DNA from: Chiloscyllium plagiosum
Taxonomy: Eukaryota
Assembly (NCBI RefSeq): GCF_004010195.1
Contig: NC_057720.1
Span: forward strand, 18,800,538 to 18,864,537
DNA: 64,000 bases
Direction of reading: 5' to 3'
Each line of letters begins with the position of its first letter. Position 1 is the first letter of the stretch. Of the stretch, positions 12,462-25,371 are shown piece after piece. Below the pieces are notes generated by a model. The model saw nothing but the letters and a program-made list of their open reading frames with translations, ran no database searches and was not told the DNA's origin. Made by a program: the position numbers and the translations under genes.

Positions 12462-13004
12462 AAAATTGGGCAGTTATCAGTAAACATCCCCACTTCTGAC
12501 CTTACGATTGAGGGAAGATTATTGATGAAGCAGCTGAAGGTGTTTGGGGGTAGGTCACTACCCTGAGGAACTCCTGCAGAGATGTTCTGCAGCTGAGATG
12601 ACTGACTTACAACAGCCACAACTATCTTCTATGCGCCAAGTATGACTCCAAACACCAGAGAGTTTCCCTGCCATGCCCATTAATTCAAGTTTTGTTATGG
12701 CTCCTTGAAACCACACTCAGTCAAATGTTGTCTTGATGTCAAGGGCTGTTGTTTTCACCTCACCTGGGGAACTACATTTTTTTGTCCTTGTTAGAGCAAA
12801 GGCTGTAATGAGGTCAGGAGCTGGGTGGCCCTGACAGAACCCAAACTGGGCACCACTGAGCAGGTTATTACTGACCAAGTGCTACTTGATAACACTATTG
12901 ATGAATGTCATGATTTGGAGATGCCGATGTTGGACTGGGGTGTACAAAGTTAAAATTCACACAACACCAGGTTATAGTCCAACAGGTTTAATTGGAAACA
13001 CTAG

Positions 13005-13319
13005 ATTAGATTAGATTAGATTACAGTGTGGAAACAGGCCCTTCGGCCCAACAAGTCCACACCGACCCGCCGAAGCGAAACCCACCCATACCCCTACATT
13101 TACCCCTTACCTAACACTACGGGCAATTTAGTATGGCCAATTCACCTGACCCTGCACATCTTTGGACTGTGGGAGGAAACCGGAGCACCCGGAGGAAACC
13201 CACGCAGACACGGGGAGAACGTGCAAACACCACACAGTCAGTCGCCTGAGTCGGGAATTGAACCCGGGTCTCTGGCGCTGTGAGGCAGCAGTGCTAACCA
13301 CTGTGCCACCGTGCCGCCC
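13005..13319 (-). mobile_element. HE1-type SINE, well preserved, nested in the family C element
   Basis: Full head to (TAATC)n tail. Confidence 0.9.
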
Positions 13320-13350
13320 ACTCCTTCATCCGGTGATAGTGGAGTACCAC

Positions 13351-13385
13351 CACCTGATGAAGGAGCAGCACTCCGAAAGCTAGTG
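13351..13385 (+). ncRNA. Minimal hammerhead ribozyme (family C)
   Basis: CAC CTGATGA A GGAG CAGCA CTCC GAAA GCTA GTG: stem I CAC/GTG, stem II GGAG/CTCC, palindromic AGCT, CUA triplet. Confidence 0.7.
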
Positions 13386-14254
13386 CTTCCAATTAAACCT
13401 GTTGGACTATAACCTGGTGTTGTGTGATTTTTAACTATTGATGAAACCTTCCATCATTTCCTGATGATTCCTGATAGGCCAGTAATTGGTCTCATTGAAT
13501 TTGTCCTGCTAGGGAGATGCTGTGTTCTGGTTGTATAAGATCTGCTTGGCTGTTCTGGGGCACAGATCTCCAGTCCAATTGCAGAAATTTTGTCAGGGTT
13601 CACAGCCTTTGCAATATCCAGTGCCTTCAGTCATTTCTTGATATCATGTAGCGACCATAGAGTTGGCTGAAGACTGGCATCTATGATGTTGGGAACCTAT
13701 GGAGGAGGCTGAGATGGATCGTCCACTCAGTACTTCTGGCTGAAGTTTGTCAGCCTTATCTTTCGCACTGATGTGGTGGGCTCCCCCATTATTCAGGATG
13801 GAGATATTTCTGGAATTCCCACCTCCAGTTATTTCGTTGTTCAGCATCTTTCACAACTGGGTGTGGTAGGACTGCAAAGCTGAGATCTGATCTGTCGCAC
13901 ATGGAATCATGCAGCCCTATCAACTTAATGCTACTTCTGCCATTTTGCACACAAGTAATCCTGTGCTGAAACTGAAGTCATAATTAAAAAAGTCATTCAC
14001 TACTCTCACACCTCCTCCTCCTTTCTTACATTCTGGAGGTGCATTTGCCATCTTCCAGTCAACAGGAACCCTTCTTTAATCTATAGAATGCCAATAGATA
14101 ACCACTAAAGCATCTGTTATATTAATTGCTACTACTTTCAACATCTGAGCTGAAGGTTGTCTGGTCCGGGAGATTTGTCAATCCTCAGGGCAGCTAATTT
14201 TTCAAGTACTACCTCTTTGCTCAGAGTACCTCCTTTAGGCTCCTCAGTTACATC

Positions 14255-14975
14255 AGTCATAGAGTCATTGAGTCATAGAGATGTACAGCATGGAAACAGA
14301 TCCTTCGGTCCAACCCGTCCATGGCGACCAGATATCCCAACCCAATCTATTCCCACCTGCCAGCACCCGGCCCATATCCCTTCCTATTCATATACCCATT
14401 CAAAAGCCTTTTAAATGATGTAATTGCACCAGCCTCCACCACTTCCTCTGTCAGCTCAGTCCATACACGTACCACCCTCTGTGTGAAAATGTTGCCCCAT
14501 AGGTCTCTTTTATATCTTTCCCCTCTCACCCTAAACCTATGCCCTCTAGTTCTGGACTCCCCGACCCTAGGGGAAAGACTTTGTCTATCTACCCTATCCA
14601 TGCCCCTCATAATTTTGTAAGCCTCTGACGCTCCAGGGAAAAAAACCCAGCCTGTTCAGCCTCTCCCTATAGTCCAAATCTGCCAACCCTGGCAACATCC
14701 TTGGAAATCTTTTCTGAACACTTTCAAGTTTCACAACATCTTTCCGATAGGAAGGAGACCAGAATTGCACGCAATATTCCAACAATAGCCTAACCAGTGT
14801 CCTGTACAGCCGCAACACGACCTCCCAACTCCTGTACTCAATACTCTGACCAATAAAGGAAAGCATACCAAACGCTTTCTTCACTATCCTATCTACCTGC
14901 GACTCTGCTTTCAAGGAGCTATGAACCTGCACTCCAAGGTCTCTTTGTTCAGCAACACCCCCTAGAACCTTACCA
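14255..14975 (-). mobile_element. CR1 (HER1-like) LINE 3' fragment
   Basis: LYRTLVR..LEYCVQFWSP; FTQRVVRVW; CTATGACT tail. Confidence 0.85.
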
Positions 14976-15559
14976 AGTCCCTTGGTTGCTGAGTATTTCT
15001 AGGAGATTTTCTGTATATTCCACAGTGAAGACATATATAAAGTTCTCTCCAATACAGATTCCTCTATTGCCACAAGTCACGTGTGCACATTTGTCCTTCC
15101 AAGACTTTTTTCTGTCACAGTTGATTTAATTTACTTGTACTCATGTGTATTTTGTTACAACGTACAGCGAAAAGTGTTGCATAGTGTCACCACTTTCCAG
15201 CACCATCTTACAACGCAGAAAAGTAACCCAAAACATGGAATATAAAGGCAGAAAAATTTAAAAAAGAAACACAGTTCACTTATCCGTCCTTCTTGTCAAG
15301 TGCTAAGCCATGGGCCTGACTGAGTCAGTGAGTCTTTTCACTGCACTGCTGGAACAAGAGTTGCCACTCTCCCATGCCATCTCGCCTTCACCGACACCGT
15401 CGCCACCATGTGCCCTCACTGAACCTCGCCAATGCAGCTGCCATCAGCACCAGCCCAACCTTACCTCCAGCACCTTTGGCATGAATTCTTGACAGAAGCA
15501 TTTGTTAGTCGTCCTTTATATTCTTTGCCAGCTTACATTGATATTCCCTTTGCCGTTTA

Positions 15560-16055
15560 GAGAGTTATAGACTCATACAGCATGGAAACAGACCCTTCAG
15601 TCCAACCCAGTGCATGCCGACCCTAATCACAAACTAAATTAGTCCCACCTGCCTGTGCTTGGCCCATATCCTTCCAAACCTTTCCTAGTCATGTACTTAT
15701 CCAAATGTCTTTTAAACATTGTAACTGTACCCACATCCACCACTTCCCCCGAAAGTTCATTCCACATAAAAACCACTCGCTTTGTAAAAAACATTGCCCC
15801 CACGTCTTCTCTAAATCATTGTCCTCTCAACTTAAAAATATGCCTCCTACTCTTGAAATCCCCAATCCTAGGGAAAAGACACCTGCCATTCACCTTATCT
15901 ATGCTCCTCATGGTTTCATGTGCTCTATAAGGTCACCATCAAACTCTTACGTTCCAGGGAAAAACATCCCAGTCTATCCAGCCTCTCCTTTTAACTCAAA
16001 CTCTCCATCCCTGGCAACATTGCGGTAAATCTTTTCTGAACCCTGTCTAGCTTAA
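15560..16055 (-). mobile_element. CR1 LINE 3' fragment
   Basis: Similar to 14255-14975. Confidence 0.75.
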
Positions 16056-16468
16056 TGATTTCATATTATGACAGTCATTTGTTTGCTAAATGCCAGATAG
16101 AAACATTACAATCTCAGCTGGGAAGGAAGAAGACAAGACACTTTAATAAAAACACTTTCTCATATTTTGTATCCCAGGACAATGATGCCCAACTGGATGT
16201 TAAGCTTGTGTAAAAGATTTATTTTGGTTATATTGAGCAATTATATATTGTACTGCATATTTTTCACAGAGGATTTTGCAGTCAAAGCCATAATACTGAT
16301 GAGGAAGGCCTTTCAATGCAATTAGGTTCACTTACTCAGAAAGCTAACCAAAAGTTAAAATTAAAACAACAGAAATAGAAATTGTTGGAAGAACTGTGGG
16401 GAGAGAAACTGAGTTAATGTTTCAAGTTCAATGACTCTTCTTCAGAACAGTATTACCAACTGTCAAAA

Positions 16469-16658
16469 TTAGATTAGTTTAGATTCCCTACAGTGTGGAA
16501 ACAGGCCCTTCGGCCCAACCAGTCCACACCGACCCTCTGAAGAGTAACCCACCCAGACCCATTTCCCTCTGACTAATGCACCTAACACTATGGGCAATTT
16601 AGCATGGCCAATTCACCTGACCTGCACACCTTTGGACCATGGGAGGAAACCCACGCAA
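16469..16658 (-). mobile_element. HE1-type SINE, 3' part
   Basis: Tail plus part of the V-domain. Confidence 0.8.
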
Positions 16659-17464
16659 CATGATAAAATTATGCCTAACTTTCAGACTAACTTCATGTAA
16701 CGTTCTATTCAAAAGTCTTCCGCTACGGAGGTCCTGCTCTCTGGAATTGTCTCTGTCTTCCTTCTTCAGACCCTTCCTTAAAACCATTTGTTTGGCTTTG
16801 CTCGACTTCCTCTTGGCTGGGATTCTTTTTCTTGATTTCTGGCCTCCACAAAACACCTGGGGACATTTAGTTGGCTGCCAGAGATGCTAAATCAATGCAG
16901 CTTGATGCTGTACTTTGAGAGTTACTTGAATCATGGTCAACACATTGCAATACATTCTACAGAATGAAATCTTTAGCACTGGCAATTTCAGAGACAGTTT
17001 TGACAGAAAAAATATTAGATCAGTGAGGGGCATTTAACATAGGAACGTAGGAATTAGGTGCAGGAGTGGGCAATTTATCCCTTTGAGCCTACTCTGCCAT
17101 TTAACATGATCGTGGCTGATCTTATCTTGGTCTCAAATCCACTTTCCCGCCCGCTCCCCATAGCCTTTTATCCTGCTTTTCACCAGAAACCTATCCCCTT
17201 TAGCATTTTCTATACTTCAATCAGATCCGCTCACATCCCCTCCCCCCCTCACATTCTTCTGAACTCCAGTGAATACAAGCCCAAACTCTTCAAGGGCTTC
17301 TCATATGACAGCTGTTTCATCCCTGGAATCAGTGAACCCCATCTGAACTTCCTACAATGTCGTCACATTGGACACATCAAAACTGGACACAATAGTCCAG
17401 ATGTAGTCTCACCAACACCTTATATAATTGTCAGTAAAAACTTTAAAAACTACTGATGCTATAA

Positions 17465-17655
17465 ATCAGAAACAACAGGTATTGCGGGAAAAACTCAATA
17501 GGACAGGCAGCATCTGTAGATTGAAATCAGAGTTAATGTTTTGGGCTGAGTGATTGTTCTGAGGAAGGGTCACTCGATGCAAAATCTTAGCTCCAATTTC
17601 TCTCCACAGATGCTGCCAGACCTGCTGAGCTTTTCTTGCATTACCTGTTTTTGTT
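17465..17655. mobile_element. Degenerate inverted-arm Penelope-derived element (family D)
   Basis: GGCAGCATCTGT...GAGTTAATGTTTTGGG versus TTCTGAGGAAGGGTCACTCG...CCACAGATGCTGCCAGACCTGCTGAG; relatives at about 2580, 4020, 16370, 18085, 19350, 27680, 33362, 39110, 42661. Confidence 0.6.
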
Positions 17656-18329
17656 ATGTAATTGGAACAACACTTTTTTTAGTTTTATAATCTGGTCCTT
17701 TTGCAATAAATGCCAGGATTCCATTTGCCTGTCTTATTCAGTGCTGCACCTGCATCTCCACTTGCTGTGATTCATGCACAAGGACACCCAGATCCCACTG
17801 TACTGACCCACTTTAAATGTATTGTCATTTAAATAATAGTTTGCCTTTATATTAATAAGCTCGCACTTATCCACATTATACACCATCTGCCAGATTCTGG
17901 TTCATTCTCTTATTCTATCAATATCCATCTGCAAACTTTTCATCACCGCCTGATTTCCTCACCTATTTTAGTATCATCCACGAATTTTGCCATTCTACTG
18001 TCTGTTCCTGTTTGCAGGTCATTTAGATAAATATTTCATATTTATTCATGCAAATATTTTTAAATCTAAATATCATTTGTAATAAAAATAGAAAGTGTTG
18101 GGGTTGGGGGACAGAATCTCACCAGCTCTGGCAGCATCTGCGGAGCGAGGAAGAGTTAACTATTCGAGTTCAATGACTTCCCTTCAGAACCCTGAAATGC
18201 GATTAAAATATCAGTAGCCTTGCTTTAATATTTTTGCTTTGGTTTTATTATGTGCTTGCAGCGAGCTGCCATTCAGAAGGAGTGCTGGGAATTAACATAC
18301 TACAATTTAGAAAAAAAATAGCTAAACCT

Positions 18330-18456
18330 AGGCCAATAGAATCGCAGTTATGATTACCACACCCTTTGGATAAAGACTGGAGTAAAAGCGAAGCGGAGCA
18401 GTCTGCAATTCAGCACCTCACTCCCGGATTCAAGTTCACACCTCGCTTCCCTCTTG
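18330..18456 (+). promoter_or_regulatory. Probable core promoter and short non-coding first exon (about 18400-18456) of the gelsolin-family gene
   Basis: CCAAT at 18333, GATAAA (TATA-like) at 18369, Inr-like GCAGTCT about 30 nt downstream, ATG-free segment ending in a consensus donor TTG|GTAAGT at 18456/18457. The acceptor 3 nt before the ATG implies an upstream exon. Confidence 0.55.
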
Positions 18457-18851
18457 GTAAGTGCACTTTCACCGATTTTACTTATGCTGCCTTGTGTCTT
18501 TATTCATTCCGATAAAATAGATCTTGTCAATTTCCATCGATTTCCTGAAAGCTCTTTGCTTCCCAAGTGGGATCAATTACAGTAAATGTCAAGAAAAAAG
18601 TGCATTCGATCAGCAGTGATTGGGAAAAGATTTGAAACTTCACTTAATGCAGTAAAGGTTTCAGTTTAGGACAGTGAATGTGGCACATCTGCCGAATGGT
18701 TTTGCAGAACTCTACAGCTGTTCATGCAACATCCACACCCTTCTGTAAAATCAACATCGCTTTTTAAAAAAATGGCCCCCGCGGTCCTAATGTCAGACTC
18801 AGAAATGTCTGAGACTTTTACTCTCCTTGTAGTTGGGGCGCTGGTGAGAGT

Positions 18852-18888
18852 GGGGGGGGGGGGGGTGAGGGGGGGGGGGGGGGGGGGG
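18852..18888 (+). repeat. G14-TGA-G20 homopolymer tract, potential G-quadruplex
   Basis: Direct reading. Confidence 0.85.
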
Positions 18889-19759
18889 TGAACTGTGATT
18901 GACTACAACGCTGCAGGAACATCTTCAGCATCTCCATTTTGAAGGTTTCTCGGAAAACTTTCTGGAGCCAGCGCGGTAGGTTTGTGGTTGCTGTGTTTAG
19001 TAGCGGAGGCTGACAGAATACAAGGAGCCTGGAACTGGCTATAAAGCGGATAGACTGTAACTCAGTGCAGCAATCAACTAACTCAGTGGAACTTACAGCA
19101 GACTGTCCCCAAGTACAGACTGTAATACAGTGCAGGCTGTATTGGACGAATGGTGTAGACATAAACACACTTTTGACTGGTTCTCCGATTGCATGTGAGT
19201 GCAGACTGTAACAAATTAAGTGCAGGCTGTAACAGACTGCTGAATTTCAGCATCGACAGTACTTTGTTTTCCTCTACATTACATTCTAGGCTGTAACTCC
19301 GTGAGAGCTTTAACAGCCTGTACTCTAATGTAGATGAAAGCAAAATACTGTCATTGCTGGAATTCTGAAATAAAAATGAAGTGCTGAAGAAAGTCAGCAA
19401 CCGACAACATTTGTGGGGAGAGAAACAGCGAAACGTTTCGAATTAAGTGTGACTTTTCTGGGAGTTGAGAATTATTTTGGGTTTCCAGCATCTGCAACAT
19501 TTTGCTTTTGAGTGTTGAAATTACTGCAACTTCTCTTCCAGGTATGCCCATCTTAAAGAAGCCCCTGCGTTTATAGAGTCATAGAGATGTACAGCACGGA
19601 AACGGACCCTTCGGTCCAACCTGTCCATGCCAACCAGATATCCCCACCCAAACTCCAAAGCGATTTCCTTATTAACCCCGTTCACTATTATTGCTTTCCA
19701 TTGGCCTCTTGATACTGTATTTGACAAAGGAACAAAATACAGGCTGTTGCAGACAGCAA

Positions 19760-21050
19760 CTAAGTACAGGCTGTAACCGATTAACAGTGCAGATTGTAAT
19801 AGACTGTAATGTGCAGCAGGCTGTAACAGACGAACACTGCAGACTGTAATATGAAACAGGCTGTAACAGACTAATAATGCAGATTGTAACAGACTGTAAT
19901 GTGAAGCAGGCTGTAACAGACTAACAGTGCAGACTGTAATAGACTGTAATATGAAGCAGGCTTTAACAGACTAATAATGCAGACTGTAATAGACTTAATA
20001 TGAAGCAAGCTGTAACAGACTAATAATGCAGACTGTAATAGACTGTAATGTGAAGCAGGCTGTAACAGACTAACAGTGCAGACTGTAATAAACTGGAATG
20101 TGAAGGAGGCTGTAACAGACTAACAGTGCATACTGTAATAGACTGTAATATGAAGCAGGCTGTAACAGATTAATAATGCAGACTGTAATAGACTGTAATA
20201 TGAAGCAGGCTGTAACAGACTAACAGTGCAGATTGTAATATGAAGCAGGCTGTAACAGACTAATAATGCAGATTGTAATAGACTGTAATGTGAAGCAGGC
20301 TGTAACAGACTAACAGTGCATACTGTAATAGACTGTAATATGAAGCAGGCTGTAACACACTAATAATGCAGACTAACAGACTAATAATGCAGACTGTAAT
20401 GTGAAGCAGGCTGTAACATACTAATAATGCAGACTGTAATAGACTTCAGTGTGAAGCAGGCTGTAACGGACTAACAATGCATATTGTAATAGTCTGTAAT
20501 GTGAAGCAGGCTGTAACTGATTAACAGTTCATACTGTAATAGACTGTAATACGAAGCAGGCTGTAACAGACTAACAGTGCAGACTGTAATAGACTGTAAT
20601 GTGAAGCAGGCTGTAACAGACTAACACTGCAGACTGTAATAGACTGTAATGTGAAGCAGGCTGTAACAGACTAACAGTGCAGACTGTAATGTGAAGCAGG
20701 TTGTAACAGACTAACAGTGCATACTGTAATAGACTGTAATGTGAAGCAGGCTGTAATGGGCTAACAGTGCATACTGTAATGACTGTAATGTGAAGCAGGC
20801 TGTAACAGATTAACAATGCAGTCTGTAATAGACTGTAATGTGATGCAGGCTGTAATAGACTAACAGTGCAGACTGTAATATGAAGCAGGCTGTAACACAC
20901 TAATAATGCAGACTGTAACAGACTAATAATGCAGACTGTAATAGGAGGCAGGCTGGAACAGCACAAACTGTGATAGACTTTAATGTGAAGCAAGTTGTAA
21001 GAGACTAATAATGCAGACTGTAATAGACTGTAATAGGAGGGAGGCTGTAA
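19760..21050. repeat. Minisatellite, 50-bp unit GTGAAGCAGGCTGTAACAGACTAACAGTGCAGACTGTAATAGACTGTAAT with 40-bp variants; degenerate units also at about 19040-19330
   Basis: Visible tandem units built from related 10-mers. Confidence 0.95.
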
Positions 21051-21054
21051 CAGT

Positions 21055-21450
21055 TCTGTCACCACACTATAGGAAGGATGTGGAGAAGGTGCAGAGGAGG
21101 TTTACTGGAAGGTTGCCTGATTTGGAGTGTATTAGCTATAAGGAGGTTCGATGAACTTGGATTGTTTTTCCCTCGAGTGTCTGAGGCTGAGAGGTGACCT
21201 GAGAGAAGAGTATAAATTTATGAGAGTTTTGGATAGAGTGGATAGTCAGAGTTATTTTTCCAGGGTGGAAATGTCAAATGGGAGGGGGAATAGGTTTTAA
21301 GGTGAGAGGGAGAAAGTCTTAAAGATGTTTGAGGCCAGCTTTTTTGACACAGAGGATGCTAGGTTCTTGGAACACACTACCAGTGGATTAGTTTAGACTG
21401 GCACCATGGTCAGTACATACATGGTGGGCCGAAGGGTCTTTCTTCTGCTG
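21055..21450 (+). mobile_element. Degenerate CR1 3' fragment
   Basis: TATAGGAAGGATGTG...GGGCCGAAGGG. Confidence 0.65.
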
Positions 21451-22325
21451 TGTAACAGACCTTTCTAGTTCAGGCGGTAAGAGACTGACTTGGTGCAGGT
21501 TGTAATAGACCGTACTACGACACAGAGTGTAACCACAGTGGGGTGGGAGTAACCAGGAACTGCCGCCTGGTTACTCCCGATCGCTGATCCCGATCACTTT
21601 GGGTTCTGTTGATTTGTAAATCTTAAGGATGTGGCGTTGCATGGGTTAATGAATCCGGAGTGTTGTCACTGTCAGCGTTGATTGGATTTTAATGCCTTCT
21701 TTTCCCCTTAAAGTAGTGTTTTTATTTCTAACGGAGTAGAAGTATAAGTCGCAAAAGTCTGAGTGATGAGGGAAAAGTATAGATATTTGAGTTCCAGGTT
21801 AGTACCGTGGTGACAATCGCATGTAATCCTACGCTGTTGGCTGTGAGCAGGATGTGGGCTAGGTCCATTCCGGTATAAACCTCTTCCGTTCCTTATTCCT
21901 TCCTCTATTTGCGCACTCGCTTGCATCTCTTGATTTGAAGAGTGCTGTGCCTCCTGTTCAGGGTGTTTATTGGCAATGCCCTGCTACTCTCCTGTGCCCA
22001 GTATTAGGTACTGGGAGTAACTGGGCTGGGCTGGGCTGGCAGCCGGGGGGGCGGGTGGAGTTTGGGAAGCAAACGCCTCCAGTTTCATACCTACTATTGG
22101 TCCTTCTAGGTGAACAACAAAATCCCAATTAATACCAAACCCTGCAATCACTGATCTAAAACCAGGGTCAATTCAAACCACTAGTACGAAGCTGCAGAAG
22201 ACATTGATGTTAACTTTCAGAATAATGCTGCTTCCCTGAATTACATTGTCCTATTCCCCATATTGTTTAATTTCCCACTTTCCAGCAACAAGCTAAAACA
22301 CTTGTAAAAAATTCGGTAATAGACA

Positions 22326-22630
22326 GATTAGGTTAGATTAGATTCACTACAGTGTGGAACCAGGCCCTTTGGCCCAACTAGTCCACACTGACCCTCTGAA
22401 GAGTAGCCTACCCAGACCCATTTCCCTCTGACTAATGCACCTAGCACTATGGGCAATTTAGAATGGCCAATTCACCTGACCTGCACATCTTTGGACCATG
22501 GGAGGAAACCCACACAGACACAGGGAGAATGTGCAAACTCCACACAGACAGTCACCTGAGGCTGGAATCGAACCTGGGAACGTGGTGCTGTGAGGCAACA
22601 GTGCTAACTACTGAGTCACCTGTGCCACCC
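22326..22630 (-). mobile_element. HE1-type SINE
   Basis: Same diagnostic motifs. Confidence 0.85.
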
Positions 22631-22949
22631 TATTAAAAAATGACCCCAATCCCTGGCTTAGGATGATTCAACAATTATTGTTACAATGAATTCCACATTT
22701 CAACCAACTGAAATGATAAGATTTCTTTTTAACTCCTCATTTGGATTATCTTCCTGCCCTGAGTACTGTCAGTAAATTATCATTATTTGCAACTTAAAAT
22801 CCTTTAGACTTTTGTAGACTATCCTTAGCCTATTCCCACAAACCTCTCCTTTCAAAGTTAATGCAAATTGCATGCAACTTCCTGGAAGATCATTTATGAC
22901 CCATCATTATTGTAATAGCACACACCATATGTTTCACAACAAAACAGAG

Positions 22950-23590
22950 AAAACAGGCACAGGAGGAGAGGCCATTCAGCCCTTTGAGCCTGCTGCGTCC
23001 TTCAGTGTGGTCATGGCTGATCCTGTATCTCAAATGTCATATTTCTGCTTTCCCTCCATACACTTTAATATCTAAAAAAACTCATTAACCTCTTTCAGTG
23101 ACCCAGCCTCCACAGCGTTCTGTGGGAGCAAATTCTGCAAGTTGACCACCTGCTAAGAGATGTTTCCTCATCTCAGTCATAAGTTGCCTCCCCTGTATCC
23201 TGAGGTTGTAAGCCCTGGTTTTAGATTCCCCAATCAGGGAAAGCAGCCTCCCTGCAACTAGTTTCAGTCAAAACCCCTCTTAGTCTTCCAAACTCTAGTG
23301 AGTACAGGCTCAGTCCAACCAATCTTTCTTTATGGAACAGATCTTCCATCCTCAATATCAGTTTAGTGAACATCCATTGCACTCCCTCTATAGTTAGTGA
23401 ACCAAAACTGCACACAATACTCTCACCAAAGCCCTGTGTAACTGCACTAGGTCGTCCCTCCCTCTGAAATCCAATCCTCTTGCAATGAAGGCGAACATAT
23501 CATTTGCCTTCCTCATTTCTTGCTGTAATTCCCTGTCTACTTTCACTGAATCACGTATAAGGACATCCAGCTCCCTTTATGCATCCACAT
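22950..23590 (-). mobile_element. Degenerate CR1 3' fragment
   Basis: LYSLEFGRLRG motif, 3' UTR. Confidence 0.65.
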
Positions 23591-25086
23591 TTCCCAAACA
23601 AGCAGTCCCTGGGTTGCGAATGTATTCTGTTCTTCAATCCATTCACAAATTAATTTGTACACAAGTTAGAACACGCAGGTCAATATAAAATAGTGATTTG
23701 TAAGTACAGGAACTGTTTGTAGTTTGGACCTTTAAAATTACAGCACTGTTTGGGATCACGTTCATAAGTACATTCGTAAGTATGGAAATCAGATCCCCTG
23801 TGTATCACCATTTAAATCCTACTCTGCCTTTCTGTTTCCACTGAAGTGTAAAAATGCACGTTGGTACACTATTTTGCATCTGCCCCGTGTTTACCCACAC
23901 GCTCAAGTTGTCTAGATCATCCGTAAGCTACCTTGCATCCTCCCTACACCCCCACCTAGTTTTAGTAAATTGGCAAAAAGTAAACACTCCGCTGGAATTC
24001 AAACATCAAATGCCTTAGCAGCACCTAGAATTCTAACATGCTACTCATTGTGCCGCTGTTAAAACATAATTTATTCCCCAGAAGATTCAGTAAAATGTCA
24101 AACTGATTGGGAGGGATAAATTCTCAAAACTTTTGTATTTCTAAAGTCAATTTAAATTCGACTTTAAATAATTGAGAAAGAAATGCATGAAAAACCAGAG
24201 GAGTGGCCATTACTTTCCAAATATACCAAAATGCTAGTGAGGTTTTATTTCTGTTTTTAAAAATCTTAAAAGATTTGTTCGTAGAAGTAGTCTTGATAAA
24301 CCTACCAACGTGAGTGTCAAGCACAAGTTGGAATAGTCGAAGAGTTAGTTATTAAACAACCTTCTCAGGGAATTGAGAATTCAAATTTTAAGTGGTTACA
24401 TGTCTTGCAATGGATAAGCTTTACAGTGATCTCAGAGGATTAACTTTCTCTTTGTCCTGACAAGATACCATTTTCTTGATCAGCTTGGAATCAAATCAGT
24501 GCCAGAGTGGCACTGTATTAAGATATTTATTGGACCATCTGGTCTCAGTCTCTTTCAAGCAATAGAGAACTAAATTAAGACATTCAAATTGAATCATAAA
24601 TTTAACACTGGGACATAGGGTGGGGCAATTCTGCAGTGCCATAAGTGCAAAAGATTGTTTTTAACCTCATGAATATCCAAATTTTGTAACCATTTTGTTC
24701 TCACTCATTTTAAAGTCTTGACTTTTTTTTACTGGAATAGGTTCTAATTTTTGTTTCAGATTTATTACCAAAGCCCTCATCTGTTTTTAGTTAATTCTTT
24801 CCTGTGGGTAAATTACAAAAAGATGCTGGCATTTACTGAGTGTCTGTACTGCTCCAGATAGTCGCTACATTGTAAAATGGAGGATATAGAAAGCCACTGC
24901 ATTTCACAGATGATTTGGGTCATTGCCAACCTATCTTGAATCTTATTACATGTACTGACGTTTCTTTGAAATTGTCCACAGACAAAAACAAAATTTAAAC
25001 CTCAGCATTCTGTTTGTTGTCCTTGCTTATTGCTGATGTAAATCCCCAGTTATCCACGAGCCAGTCTCCTTTACTCCCCACAGATA

Positions 25087-25267
25087 ATGGCTTTTCACAA
25101 GGCCTTTGAGAATGCTGGCAAAACGCCTGGGCTGACCGTGTGGAGGATTGAGAAAATGAATCCTGTCCTCGTTCCTGAAAATCTCCATGGGAGTTTTTAC
25201 ACGGGCGATGTCTACATTGTATTCTATACAACTCCAGATTTTAACTATAATGTCCATCTCTGGTTAG
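25087..25267 (+). CDS. scinla: Scinderin-like/gelsolin-like coding exon 1 (G1; MAFHKAFENAGKTPGLTVWRIEKM...HLWL)
   Basis: Acceptor ccacag ends 25083, ATG at 25087, donor G|gtaagt after 25267. Confidence 0.95.
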
Positions 25268-25371
25268 GTAAGTCTATGTTCATATTTGCATGCGGATTTT
25301 AATGCAATATTGATTAAAGCAGTTTGTTTTAAGTATTTTAGGCTGATATTTGATTAAATACTTTCTTCCAG

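Larger units (their letters stand above)
12906..13436. mobile_element. Inverted-repeat Penelope-derived element (family C) with a nested SINE, 12-bp TSD
   Basis: Arms 12948-13004 (plus 13320-13335) and 13351-13436 are reverse complements; TSD ACTATTGATGAA at 12894-12905 and 13434-13445. Confidence 0.75.
12465..13970 (-). mobile_element. Old non-LTR retrotransposon RT fragment hosting the family C element
   Basis: SAGVPQGS...FSCFINNLPSIVRSEVGMF; relatives at about 8130-8390, 9045-9400, 11300-12100, 63060-64000. Confidence 0.6.

Noticed and set aside
13250..13319. tRNA gene
   Set aside because: A/B-box-like motifs are the tRNA-derived head of an HE1 SINE, repeated in all SINE copies
20571..21065. 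164-aa ORF
   Set aside because: Translation of the 50-bp minisatellite
21840..22110. Alternative promoter (TATAAA at 21874, pyrimidine-rich and mildly CpG-rich)
   Set aside because: No convincing splice donor downstream; cannot be supported without transcript data
23604..23800. Possible Tigger/mariner-type MITE remnant
   Set aside because: Only a vague terminal resemblance; no matching second terminal inverted repeat confirmed
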